DNA of 64,000 bases. Source: Eledone cirrhosa. Its lineage: Eukaryota. The position numbers and the translations under genes are program-made. Below are positions 43,760-56,844 of this stretch, in pieces. The DNA lies in the NCBI GenBank assembly GCA_964016885.1, contig OZ024741.1, forward strand, positions 266,600,001-266,664,000, in the 5' to 3' direction. Below the pieces are notes generated by a model, which worked only from the letters and a program-made list of their open reading frames with translations, ran no database searches and was not told where the DNA came from. Positions within the stretch are counted from its first letter, which is position 1; each line of letters begins with the position of its first letter.

Positions 43760-44877
43760 ATATATATATATATATGTGTATATATATATGTGTATATATA
43801 TATGTGTATATATATATGTGTATATATATATGTGTATGTATATATGTGTGTATGTGTATATATATATATATGTGTGTATGTGTATATATATATATGTATG
43901 TATATGTGTATATATATATATGTATGTATATGTGTATATATATATATGTATGTATATGTGTATATATATATATGTATGTATATGTGTATATATATGTATG
44001 TATATGTGTATATATATGTATGTATATGTGTATATATATGTATGTATATGTGTATATATATGTATGTATATGTGTATATATATGTATGTATATGTGTATA
44101 TATATGTATGTATATGTGTATATATATATGTATATGTGTATATATATATATGTATGTATATGTGTATATGTATGTATATGTGTATGTATATGTATATGTG
44201 TATATATGTGTATATGTGTATATATATATGTATGTGTATATGTGTATATATATATGTATGTGTATATGTGTATATATATATGTATGTGTATATATATATG
44301 TATATGTGTATATATATATGTGTATGTGTGTATATATATATGTGTGTATATATATGTGTGTATATATATATGTGTGTATATATATGTGTGTATATATATA
44401 TGTGTATATATATATGTGTATATATATGTGTGTATATATATATGTGTGTATATATATGTGTGTATATATATATATGTGTGTGTGTGTATATATGTGTGTA
44501 TATATATATGTATGTGTGTATATATATATGTATGTGTATATATATATGTATGTGTATATATATATATGTATGTGTATATATATATATGTATGTGTATATA
44601 TATAGATATGTATGTGTATATATATAGATATGTATGTGTATATATATATATATATGTGTATATATATATATATATGTGTATATATATATATATATGTGTG
44701 TATATATATATATATGTGTGTATATATATATATATATGTGTATATATATATGTGTATATATATATATATATATGTGTATATATATATATATGTGTATATA
44801 TATATATATATGTGTATATATATATGTGTATATATATATGTGTATGTATATATGTGTGTATGTGTATGTATATATGT

Positions 44878-45618
44878 GTGGACAGCAACATAAGCTGGAC
44901 CACGCATATAAGCAGCAAAGTTGACATGGCCCGCAGAATGTGTTCCTGGATCCTCAGAACCTTCCAGTCGAGAGATTCCCGCACCATTATCCTTCTCTTC
45001 TCTACTTTCGCCCGACCACACCTTGAATACTGTTGTCCACTGTGGTCTCCCCACACGAAACAAAGTATCATGAAACTTGAAGCTCCTGAAAGGGCAATCA
45101 CGAAAAAGATAGATGGCATGTCAGACCTTGACTACTGGGGTCGATTGGAAAACCTGAAACTTTACTCACTCCAACGTCGCCGTGAGCGTTATATTATCTG
45201 CATGATGTGGAAAATGTTCCATCATCACTGCCCAAATGATGTTGGCATCGCCTTCAAGATACACCCAAGGCTTGGGCCCCGTGCTATCCGTCCCATTCAA
45301 AAATCTAAATCGCAACTCATAACAACAATACGGCACAATTATTTCACCTCAATCGGCCCTGCTCTCTTCAACATCACACCAGGACACGTCAAAACAGAAA
45401 CTGACCACACAAAATTCAAGAAGTCTTTGGACAAATTCCTCCAAGTAATCCCGGACAAACCACCCACACCCGGATATGTCTCCGCAAACAGTAATTCTCT
45501 TCTCGAATGGGCCATGGTGCCCAAATCCTGAATTGAAAGACTTCGCCAGGTGGTGCTATTAAGTTAGACATGGCCTGGGCCAATACTGGCCAAAACATTT
45601 CAAAGTTATTCAAAGTTA
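44878..45618 (+). mobile_element. 5'-truncated CR1-clade LINE (RT thumb/C-terminus, stop at 45531, short 3' UTR with TTCAAAGTTA repeat tail)
   Basis: Uninterrupted frame [11 protein letters not shown]...ILRTF...[13 protein letters not shown]...[19 protein letters not shown]; RPxLEY...W-P and LxLxSLxxRR are CR1 ORF2 hallmarks. Confidence 0.9.
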
Positions 45619-45704
45619 TATATATATATATATGTGTATATATATATATATATGTGTATATATATATATATATGTGTATATATATATATGTGTATATATA
45701 TATA

Positions 45705-45735
<31 letters not shown>

Positions 45736-47105
45736 GTGTATATATATATATGTGTATATATATATATGTATGTGTATATATATATATGTATGTGTATATA
45801 TATATATGTATGTGTATATATATATATGTATGTGTATATATATATATATGTATGTGTATATATATATATATGTATGTGTATATATATATATATGTATGTG
45901 TATATATATATATATGTATGTGTATATATATATATATATGTATGTGTATATATATATATATGTATGTGTATATATATATATATGTATGTGTATATATATA
46001 TATATGTATGTGTATATATATATATATGTATGTGTATATATATATATATGTATGTGTATATATATATATATGTATGTGTATATATATATATATGTGTGTA
46101 TATATATATATATGTATGTGTATATATATATATATGTATGTGTGTATATATATATATGTATGTGTGTATATATATATATGTATGTGTATATATATATATG
46201 TATGTGTATATATATATATGTATGTGTATATATATATATGTATGTGTATATATATATATGTATGTGTATATATATATATGTATGTGTATATATATATATG
46301 TATGTGTATATATATATATATGTATGTGTGTATATATATATATATGTATGTGTGTATATATATGTGTGTATATATATATATGTATGTGTATATATATATA
46401 TGTATGTGTATATATATATATGTATGTGTATATATATATATATGTATGTGTATATATATATATATGTATGTGTGTATATATATATATATGTATGTGTGTA
46501 TATATATATATATGTATGTGTGTATATATATATATATGTATGTGTATATATATATATATGTATGTGTGTATATATATATGTATGTGTGTATATATATATG
46601 TATGTGTGTATATATATATGTATGTGTGTATATATATATGTATGTGTGTATATATATATGTATGTGTGTATATATATATGTATGTGTGTATATATATATG
46701 TATGTGTGTATATATATATGTATGTGTGTATATATATATGTATGTGTGTATATATATATGTATGTGTGTATATATATATGTATGTGTATATATATATATA
46801 TGTATGTGTATATATATATATATGTATGTGTATATATATATATGTATGTGTATATATATATATGTATGTGTATATATATATATGTATGTGTATATATATA
46901 TATGTATGTGTGTATATATATATGTATGTGTGTATATATATATGTATGTGTATATATATATATGTATGTGTGTATATATATATGTATGTGTGTATATATA
47001 TATGTATGTGTGTATATATATATGTATGTGTATATATATATATGTATGTGTATATATATATATGTATGTGTATATATATATATGTATGTGTATATATATA
47101 TGTAT

Positions 47106-48456
47106 GCAGGCTGCCCATGGGAACTCCTATACGCAGACGACCTGACACTCATAGCGGAATCAATGGCCGAGCTAGAGAAGAAATTCCAAACATGGAAGCA
47201 CGGCCTAGAGTCAAAAGGACTTAAAATTAACCTGGCTAAGACCAAAGTTCTAGTTTGTAGGAAAGAAAACAAGGCGGCGGTCCCTTCTGGGAAATGGTCG
47301 TGCTCGGTGTGTAGGAAAGGCGTAGGTAGAAACTCCATTTTATGTCCTAAATGCAAAGTATGGGTGCATAAAAGATGTAGTGGGATCACAGGTAAGCTAA
47401 CTAAGAACATAGATTTTACATGTGGCCGGTGTTCTGGTGCAATAAGTAGCAGCAAGTGCCCACAAAATACTAGCTCTTTCAATTGCGCAGAGGGTTCTAT
47501 AGAAATAGTGGACAGCTTCCGTTACCTGGGCGATAAAATCAGCAGTGGGGGAGGGTGCTCTGAAAGTACTGTAGCTAGAGTCAGAACTGGGTGGAAAAAG
47601 TTCAGAGAGCTTATACCACTATTAGCTGCTAAAGGGTTCTCCCTAAAAATGAAAGGCAGGTTGTACGATGCCTGCATACGAACAGCAATGTTGCATGGCA
47701 GTGAGACCTGGGCATTGTGTGCAGAGGATATACGCAGACTAGAGAGGAACGAAGCTTGCATGCTCCGCTGGATGTGTAACAGTAATATACGTGAACGGCA
47801 AAGCATAAACGAACTAAGGAAAAAATTAGAGATAAGAGGGATCAGATGTTGTTTACTCGAGAGAAGGCTGCGTTGGTATGGACACGTGATGCGCATGAAA
47901 GTCGATAGCTGTATAACAAAGTGCAGGGCAATAAAGATAGACGGTAGCCAAGGAATAGGCAGACCTAGAAAAACATGGGATGAGCTGATAAACTCCGACC
48001 TCACACACTTACACCTCTCCAAGACAATGTCACTGGACCGAGACCTTTGGCGGTACTCAGTAACAGAGAAGACCCGCCTTGCCAGTAGGCATCTCTAACA
48101 AAATACACCCCGTCCCGCCACCACCCCCACCCCACCCACACCACCCCGTTCCATGTAAAGTTATGTTGGTGCCGCGCCATCCAGGCCGAAGCAAATGAGA
48201 TCGTGTAGGTGTCACGACAAAAAAACACAGTCCACGCTGTAATGTGGCCGTGTAGGCAACACGGTAAAAACCTCCCAGACCCACACTGTAAATGTGGTTG
48301 GTGTTAGGAAGGGCATCCAACTGTAGAAAACCTGCCAGACAGTCCTATGCGAGCAAAACAATCACTCTTGCCTCAAATGGGACTACCCCCGTCCAAACCC
48401 ATGCAAGCGTGGAACACGGACGTTAAGCGTTGATGATGATGATGATGATGATGATG
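47106..48456 (+). mobile_element. 5'-truncated RTE-clade LINE (RT from YADD to stop at 48098, 3' UTR, (GAT)n tail)
   Basis: [11 protein letters not shown]...[10 protein letters not shown]...DSFRYLG...HGSETW...[11 protein letters not shown]...GRPRKTW, no stops. Confidence 0.95.
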
Positions 48457-48795
48457 TGTATATATATATATGTATGTGTATATATATGTGTATATATATA
48501 TGTATGTATATATATATGTATGTGTATATATATATGTATGTGTGTATATATGTATGTGTGTATATATGTATGTGTGTATATATATATGTATGTGTGTATA
48601 TATATATGTATGTGTGTATATATATATGTATGTGTGTATATATATATGTATGTGTGTATATATATATGTATGTGTGTATATATATATGTATGTGTGTATA
48701 TATATATGTATGTGTGTATATATATATGTATGTGTGTATATATATATGTATGTGTGTATATATATATGTATGTGTATATATATATATGTATGTGT

Positions 48796-51267
48796 ATCAT
48801 CATCATCATCATCATCACCGTTTTACGTCCGTTCTTCCACGCTAGCATGGGTTAGACGGGTTGTCCTGTTGTGGGCAGTGTCTGGTCGGCTGACCATGCC
48901 TTGCTCATACAGGAACTGATCTGGCTTGATTTCTACAGCTGGATGCCCTTCCTAACACCAACCTCATTTACAGTGAGTGCTGGGTGCTTTTTCGTGGCGC
49001 CTACACGTCCACTTTACAGTGTGGGCTGGGTGCTTTTTTGCCGTGGCACCTCCACGACCACCTTGCGGTGGGGGGGGGGGGGGGCATATTGTTTATATGC
49101 TTCAGCATGTACCCATGGGAGGTCGGGTACCCTGTATTACTGCGTGACGCCAGAAGTCACGGTCGTGTGTCATTGACTTTGAGAGGTGTAGTTGGGTAAG
49201 GTCGGCTTTTATCACCTCATCCCAAGTCATCTTGGGTCTCCCCACTCCGCGGTTTCCATCAACTTCTAGTGCTCTGCACCTTTTTATGCAGCTGTCATCC
49301 TTCATACGCATCACATGTCCATACCAGCGTAACCGCCTCTCCTGCACGCAGCATTTGATTCCTCTTATGCTCAGTCTCTCTCTCAATTCATTTATGCTTT
49401 GTCGTTCACGTATATTACTGTTACACATCCATCGGAGCATGCAGGCTTCGTTTCTCTCTAATCTACGTAAGTCTTCCACCTTCAGCGCCCAGGTCTCACT
49501 ACCATGCAACATCGCTGTTCGGATACACGCATCATACAGTCTGCCTTTCATTCTGAGGGAGAAGCCTTTTGCAGCTAGCAGTGGTAGTAGTTCCCTAAAC
49601 TTCTTCCATCCCGTTCTTACCCTAGTTATTGTACTTTCTGAGCACCCACCTCCGTTGCTGATTCGGTCACCTAGGTAGCAGAAGCTGTCTACTGTTTCTA
49701 CAGGGCCCTCCCAGAGATTGGTGGTACTTGTTTCCTGTGGCTGTTTGCTTGCTGTTTCAGCACAGCTGCTGCATGTGAATCCTACATTCTTAATTAAGCT
49801 TCCTGAGATCCCGCTACATCTCTTGTGTACCCATTGTTTGCATTTGGGGCAAAGAATGGAGTTCCTACCTACACCTTTCCTACATACTGAGCAAGGCCAT
49901 TTCCCTGAGGGGATCTGGGTTCTGTTTTCTCGTCTACTTATAAGGACCTTAGTCTTTGTCATGTTGACTTTGAGGCCCTTTCTCTCTAGTCCCTGCTTCC
50001 AGGTTTGGAATTTATTCTCTAGTTCTACCATAGATTCAGCTATGAGTGCGAGGTCATCAGCATACAGGAGTTCCCATGGGCATCCGGTCTTAAACTCCTC
50101 CGTTATTGCCTGCAGGACTATGATGAACAGGAGAGGGCTAAGAACAGAGCCCTGGTGGACCCCAACCTGTACGCTAAATTCCTCGCTATACTCATTGCCA
50201 ATCCTAACTTTGCTGACTGCTCCCCTATACATGGCTTGTACCGCTTTCACAAGCCATTCATCTACTCCTAGTTTTCTAAGAGCCCACCAGATTACTGCAC
50301 GTGGAACTCTGTCAAAGGCTTTCTCAAGGTCGACAAATGCCAAGTAGAGTGGCTTACTTTTAGCTAGGTACTTTTCCTGTAATTGCCTCACAAGGAAGAG
50401 CGCATCAGTGGTGCCTTTCCCTGGAACAAACCCAAATTGCATCTCGTCTATATTCACCCGGTCCCTAATCAGCTGTGCTATAACTCTTTCTGTTACTTTC
50501 ATGACCTGGTCCATCAACTTTATACCTCTATAGTTTCCTCTATCTAGTGCATCGCCTTTACCTTTGTAGCAGTTGACAATGATGCTACTGCACCAATCTT
50601 TTGGTATGGCCCCCTCTAGTATTACCTGGTTAACGATACGTGTGGTTATAGTGTGACCTACAGACCCAGATGCCTTCAGCATCTCGGCAGCTATACCCGA
50701 TGGACCGGTTGCCTTCCCTATCTTCATATCTCTGATTGCCTTACTTACTACGCTGCCGCTGACTTGTACTGCTGGTCCCTCTATAGGGTCTACGTGGGGT
50801 AGGGTCTCTTCTTCCCATGCATTCTCCTCATTTAGTAATCTATCATAATGACTCTTCCATGCATCTTTCTTCTCAGCACTTGTGAGGGCAAGCTCACCTT
50901 TATCATTCCGGATACACTTCTCTCCAATGACATCACAACTATCTCTGACACACTGCCTCGCAATCTTGAATACCTCCTGTTTCTGGTCCTCACGTTGTAA
51001 AACATGCTTGAATTTTCTATCCTCTGCTTCACTCCTAGCTAAGTATACTTGTCGCCTAGCTTCCCTCTTGGTCTCTATGTAATGTACCCTGCTCCCCCCG
51101 TTCTTCCATTCTTTCCATGCCTGTCTCTTGGCCTTGACTGCTTCATCTACCTTATTGTTCCACCACCAAGTCACTCTCCTCCTGCTTGAGGTCTTACTCC
51201 AGCCACAAACCTCATCCGTCGCCTCTAGTAAGTTATTTTTTAGGAACTCCCAGTTCTCTTCTGCGTT
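48796..51267 (-). mobile_element. 5'-truncated young RTE-clade LINE with the whole RT domain (open frame ~51267 to 49102) and 3' UTR/(GAT)n tail
   Basis: 690+ aa without a stop: WWN, KATGPSG, YKGKGD...[43 protein letters not shown]; endonuclease region absent. Confidence 0.97.
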
Positions 51268-53331
51268 ATATATATATGTATGTGTATATATATATATGTA
51301 TGTGTGTATATATATGTATGTGTGTGTATATATATGTATGTGTGTATATATATATGTATGTGTATATATATATGTATGTGTATATATATATGTATGTGTG
51401 TATATATATATGTATGTGTATATATATATGTATGTGTATATATATATATATGTGTATATATATATATGTGTGTATATATATATATGTGTATATATATATA
51501 TATATGTGTATATATATATATATATGTGTATATATATATATGTATGTGTATATATATATGTATGTGTATATATATATATATGTATGTGTATATATATATA
51601 TATATGTATGTGTATATATATATGTATGTGTATATATATATGTATGTGTATATATATATGTATGTGTATATATATATGTATGTGTATATATATATGTATG
51701 TGTATATATATATGTATGTGTATATATATATGTATGTGTATATATATATGTATGTGTATATATATATATATGTATGTGTATATATATATATATGTATGTG
51801 TATATATATATATGTATGTGTATATATATGTATGTCTGTGTATATAGATATGTCTGTGTATATAGATATGTCTGTGTATATAGATATGTCTGTGTATATA
51901 GATATGTCTGTGTATATAGATGTCTGTATATAGATATGTATGTGTATATATATATGTGTGTATATATATATATATATGTATGTGTGTATATATATATGTA
52001 TGTGTGTATATATATATGTATGTGTGTATATATATGTGTGTGTATGTATATATGTGTGTGTGTATATATGTGTGTGTGTATATATATGTGTGTGTGTATA
52101 TATATGTGTGTGTATATATATGTGTGTGTGTGTATATATATGTATGTGTGTATATATATGTATGTGTGTATATATATGTATGTGTGTATATATATGTATG
52201 TGTGTATATATATGTATGTGTGTATATATATGTATGTGTGTATATATATGTATGTGTGTATATATATGTATGTGTGTATATATATGTATGTGTGTATATA
52301 TATGTATGTGTGTATATATATGTATGTGTGTATATATATGTATGTGTGTATATATATGTATGTGTGTATATATATGTATGTGTGTATATATATGTATGTG
52401 TGTATATATATGTATGTGTGTATATATATGTATGTGTATATATATGTATGTGTGTATATGTGTGTGTGTATATGTGTTTGTGTATATATGTGTTTGTGTA
52501 TATATGTTTGTGTATATATGTTTGTGTATATATGAGTGTATGTGTATGCGTATATATGTGTATGCGTATATATATGTGTATGCGTATATGTTTATGCGTA
52601 TGCGTATATATATGTGTATGCGTATATGTTTATGCGTATATATGTGTATGCGTATATATGTGTATGCGTATATATGTGTATGCGTATATGTGTATGCGTA
52701 TATATGTGTATGTGTATATATATGTGTATGCGTATATATATGTATGCGTATATATATATGTGTGTATATATGTGTATATATATATGTGTGTGTGTATATA
52801 TGTGTATATATATGTGTATGTGTATGTATATCTATGTGTGTGTGTATATATATATATGTGTATGTATATGTATGTGTGTATATGTGTATGTATATGTATG
52901 TGTGTGTATATATATATGTGTATGTGTATGTATATGTATGTGTGTGTATATTTGTATTTATGTATATATTTATATGTATGTATATAGTCTCAGTAGCACA
53001 TACCAAACATATTTAATAAAAGAATGTTTCACTATTTTGTGATATATCTTAACATTAGTATTACACTTACCTACTAAATACTTCAGTATTGCTAAAGGGT
53101 GGAGCGTTCTTTTCTTTTATCTTTGTTTTTTAACCTATGCCATGTGTGTCCTGGTTTTTAGAGTAGGTACACTGTACCCTTGCATATCATGAGAGGCAAC
53201 TGAAAGGGTTGGCATCAGGAAGGGCATAAAACATTCTCAAAACATCTAATCCATACCAATATGGAAAAGCAGATGTAAAAAGGATGATGTTTTTCTGGGT
53301 TTCTAGTGATAAGTTTCAAATGAAGTGAAAT

Positions 53332-54023
53332 TTAACCCTTTTGATACCAAACTGTCTGAAATTGTCCCTGGTTTTACCAAAGAAAACTGTTTATTTTAAA
53401 GTGTTTATATTTATTTATAAATAGAGCTTAGTAGTTAGTGTTGTGTTTGCAGTTGTGAGTTGATTCCAAGGCATGATGTGTTGTCTTTGAGCAAGACACT
53501 TTCTTTTATGTTGTTCCAGTTCACTCAGCTGTAGAAATGAGTTGCGACATCACTGGTACCAAGCTGTATTGGCCTTTGCCTTTCCCTTGGACAACATCAG
53601 TGGCGTAGAGTGGGGAGACGGGTGTGCATGGATGACTTCTGGTCTTCTACAAACAACCTTGTCTGTACCTGTTCCTTAGAAGGGAATTTTCTAGGTGCAA
53701 ATCCCATGGTCATTAATAGCGAAAGGGGGCTTTTATCCTATAACCCTATCATAATTTTATGTAAGAATCTTTAAGTTATGCTCTAAACACTAGCTTACTA
53801 ATGAGGAAGTCATATTACTAAAGCCTTTCAAATTCTTGATTGTTTTCAAAATTCTGATATCAAACCACCTGAAATTACCCTTGGTACTATCGTACAAACC
53901 TTTGTCCCAAACGCCAAATAAGAAAGTTATATTACTAAATCCTAAGATCTTGATTATTTAAAAAATTATTTACAAATCATAGGTAGTGTCTTTCATTATA
54001 GATATAGTAACAAAAAGAGTTAA
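53332..54023. mobile_element. piggyBac-like MITE sequence interrupted by a tRNA-SINE (~53424-53747, +)
   Basis: TTAACCCTTTT start and AAAGAGTTAA end. The MITE body breaks at ~53423 and resumes at ~53748 around a SINE with the TTGAGCAAGACACT core. Confidence 0.7.
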
Positions 54024-54759
54024 AGATTTTTTTATTTATTTTCTGTGTTGGTTTAGACTGACCAACTACTAAAGCTCCTGGGTTGAGATTGTTGACATAA
54101 ATTGTAGATTGTTTTAGAAATGTTTAAACCTACCAGTACATGTTTGTATAATTTCTTATTAGGAGTGGGCTTATAGTATTTATTTTTGGTTAAAACAAAC
54201 AATGAAACAATTTATTGTTGACTTGTTGGGTTGATTACATGACTTGTTTTTAGTTTAGTCCACTTAATAAGATATGTCTACTAGTTTATAATGTTAACCC
54301 CAAATGTGTATTTATTTTCAAATATGACTTTTGTTTTACATATGTGCACCTAATATGTCACCGTTCATGACATCCATAACAATACAGATATATATGCACA
54401 TGACACTACTGACTGCACTGCATATGTTTACTTGGTGCAATAAGTGTTCCTAGTTGCTAAATAATAAGACAAACATAGTCATGTGAGGTATTTGTTTTAT
54501 ATTAAACTTGATACTTGCAACTGGAACACTTTCACCACTGTTGCAGTCCATGTAGAAACAATTAACAAAGCTGTAGCAACAACAGAAAAAAAGAAAACTT
54601 CAGAAGACATTGACATGGAGGTAAAACAAAAGTTTCAAAACTAGTTGCAGCAATTTCATTTCACTAATGTTGTGTTCTTGCGGGGGAGAAAAAACATTAC
54701 AGATCACAACTATGTAGGTTTAATTGACCTCTTACAAGGTTCTCACAGGATGTTTTGCA

Positions 54760-55040
54760 TGTGTTTTAATGGTTGAACCCCAGTCCTAACATTTTGTTAA
54801 ATCTCATAGAGGAGGTTTCTCAGGTGTTTTAATGATAGGAATCCCCGCCCTCAAACTTTGTTAAATCTCGTAAGAGGTTTCTCAGGTGTTTTAATGATCG
54901 GAACCCCAGTCCTAACATTGTTATTAAATCTCATAGGAGGTTTCTCATGTTTTAATGATGGGAACTCCAGTCCTAACACTGTTAAATCTCATAGGAGGTT
55001 TCTCAGGTGTTTTAATGATCGGAATCACAGTCCTGTCATG
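54760..55040. repeat. ~60-bp tandem repeat (4-5 copies)
   Basis: GTGTTTTAATGATAGGAACCCCAGTCCTAACATTGTTAAATCTCATAGGAGGTTTCTCAG units; related sequence near 6790, 8180, 9010, 19110, 22870, 56225. Confidence 0.85.
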
Positions 55041-55195
55041 AAAAGTAATAAGATTAATTTCAAAGTTATATACTCTCAGATATAAGCCGACAACTTATTT
55101 TATGTCTGAGAAATGGGCAAAATTCCAAACTCGGTTTATAAACCGATGCAGCTAATCAACATGTTTAGATGGCATGATTTTGAAATTCACAAAAG

Positions 55196-55833
55196 TCATC
55201 ATCATCATCATCACCGTTTTATGTCCGTTCTTCCATGCTAGCATGGGTTAGACGGGTTGTCCTGTTGTGGGCAGTGTCTGGTCGGCTGACCATGACTTGC
55301 TCATACAGGAACTGATTTTGGCTTGATTTCTACAGCTGGATGCCCTTCCTAACACCAACCTCATTTACAGTGAGTGCTGGGTGCTTTTTTCCGTGGCGCC
55401 TACACGACCACTTTGCTTTGGGAGGGTGTGGGGGCATATTGTCTATATGCTTCAGCTTGTACTCGTGGGAGGACGGGTACTCTGTATTACTGCATGACGC
55501 CAGAGGTCACGGTCGTGTGTCATCGCCTTTGAGAGGTGTAATTGGGTAAGGTCGGCTTTTATCACCTCATCCCAGGTCTTGGGTCTCCCCACTCCGCGGT
55601 TTCCAATGACTTCTAGTGCTCTGCACCTTTTTATGCAGCTGTCATCCTTCATACGCATCACATGTCCATACCAACGCAACCGCCTCTCCTGCACACAGCA
55701 TTTGATTCCTCTTATGCTCAGTCTCTCTCAATTCATTTATGCTTTGCCGTTCACGTATATTACTATTACACATCCATTGGAGCATGCAGGCTTCGTTTCT
55801 TTCTAATCTACGTAAGTCTTCCACAGTCAGCAC
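55196..55833 (-). mobile_element. 5'-truncated RTE LINE, same subfamily as 48796-51267, frameshifted
   Basis: [14 protein letters not shown].../[28 protein letters not shown]; 3' UTR aligns to 48796-49100; (GAT)n tail. Confidence 0.92.
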
Positions 55834-56720
55834 CGAGGAGGATATATTTATGAAGTTTCAATATTTTGATATTTGAAATGTTTAAAGTATAATTTTTGTT
55901 TCACAACTCCAATACTTAATGATTTCTTTACCAATTTCCGAATTTTGAAGGCCATGTTCATTTAAAACACATAAGAAAAAGAATAGAAATTTCACCTCCA
56001 AAGTGAAACTGGTGTAATATTCACCTCTAAAGCAAAAATATTTTTGCTCCTCATTTATGTAGAATTTGAAGTTGGTGAAAATCAGCAAAATATTGACCTC
56101 AAATGTATACCCCCACCCCCCACCAATTTTACTATTGAACTTTTGTCGTATTTCTAGGCTTATATACACGTGTATATAGTAATTGAAAATCATAAGCAGT
56201 CTTTCAATGGGAATATGGTAATGAAAATATTAGGACTGGGGTTCCTATCAATACCTGAAAAACTTCCTGTAAGAAGTAAGAACTTGTAAGAAGCCAGCTA
56301 AACTTACATAGTTGTAAGCTGTAATTATCTTTTTTTCCTTGCAGTGGAATGAAATTGCTGCAACTAGTTTTGAAATTCTGAAACTTTGTTTTCCCTCCAT
56401 GACAATGTCTATGCATGGTTTCTTTTTTCTGCTGTTGCTACTGACTTTTCTACCTCTCTAAAGCCTGAAGAATACTGAACAAATGTAAAGGTGTATTATC
56501 TAAAATAAAATTATCTGTTCAGATATGAAACCAGACAGTAGCCAGTTTAATGTAGTGCAATATCATTATGTAAATATATAGCCTTTATTCTGATATAGAG
56601 CTCTCTCACCCGTTATTACACACACCCACGCACACAAAGTTTTTGTTTGTTTTCACTGCTGAAAATCCTTGAACTTTTCTTGTTAACAAAAATCTGAATA
56701 AATATTTTCTTCTGTTACAG

Positions 56721-56819
56721 GTCATGTTCCTACGTAACCATGGTATAGTCGCATGTGGAGAGTCTGTTGAAGAGGCTTATCATTTTGCCTTTAATGTCAT
56801 GAAAGCTTGTGACACTCAG
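56721..56819 (+). CDS. hts: Adducin/hts coding exon E (99 nt; LRNHG motif; too short for the ORF track)
   Basis: tctgttacAG|GTC acceptor, CAG|GTAAGT donor. VMFLRNHGIVACGESVEEAYHFAFNVMKACDTQ. Confidence 0.96.
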
Positions 56820-56844
56820 GTAAGTAGGCTTTCTTTTTGGAAGG

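Larger units (their letters stand above)
42441..52985. repeat. Giant compound (TA)n/(TATG)/(TG) microsatellite array in intron D-E, in blocks 42441-42640, 43049-44877, 45617-47105, 48455-48796, 51267-52985
   Basis: Directly visible; it produces the stop-free YI/CV/HT ORFs in the track. Confidence 0.98.

Noticed and set aside
42382-53042. Many 350-840 aa ORFs rich in Y/I/C/V/M or Y/I/H/T
   Set aside because: (TA/TG)n repeats lack stop codons in all frames. Only the embedded LINE segments are real coding remnants; the apparent microsatellite-RT fusions are artefacts.
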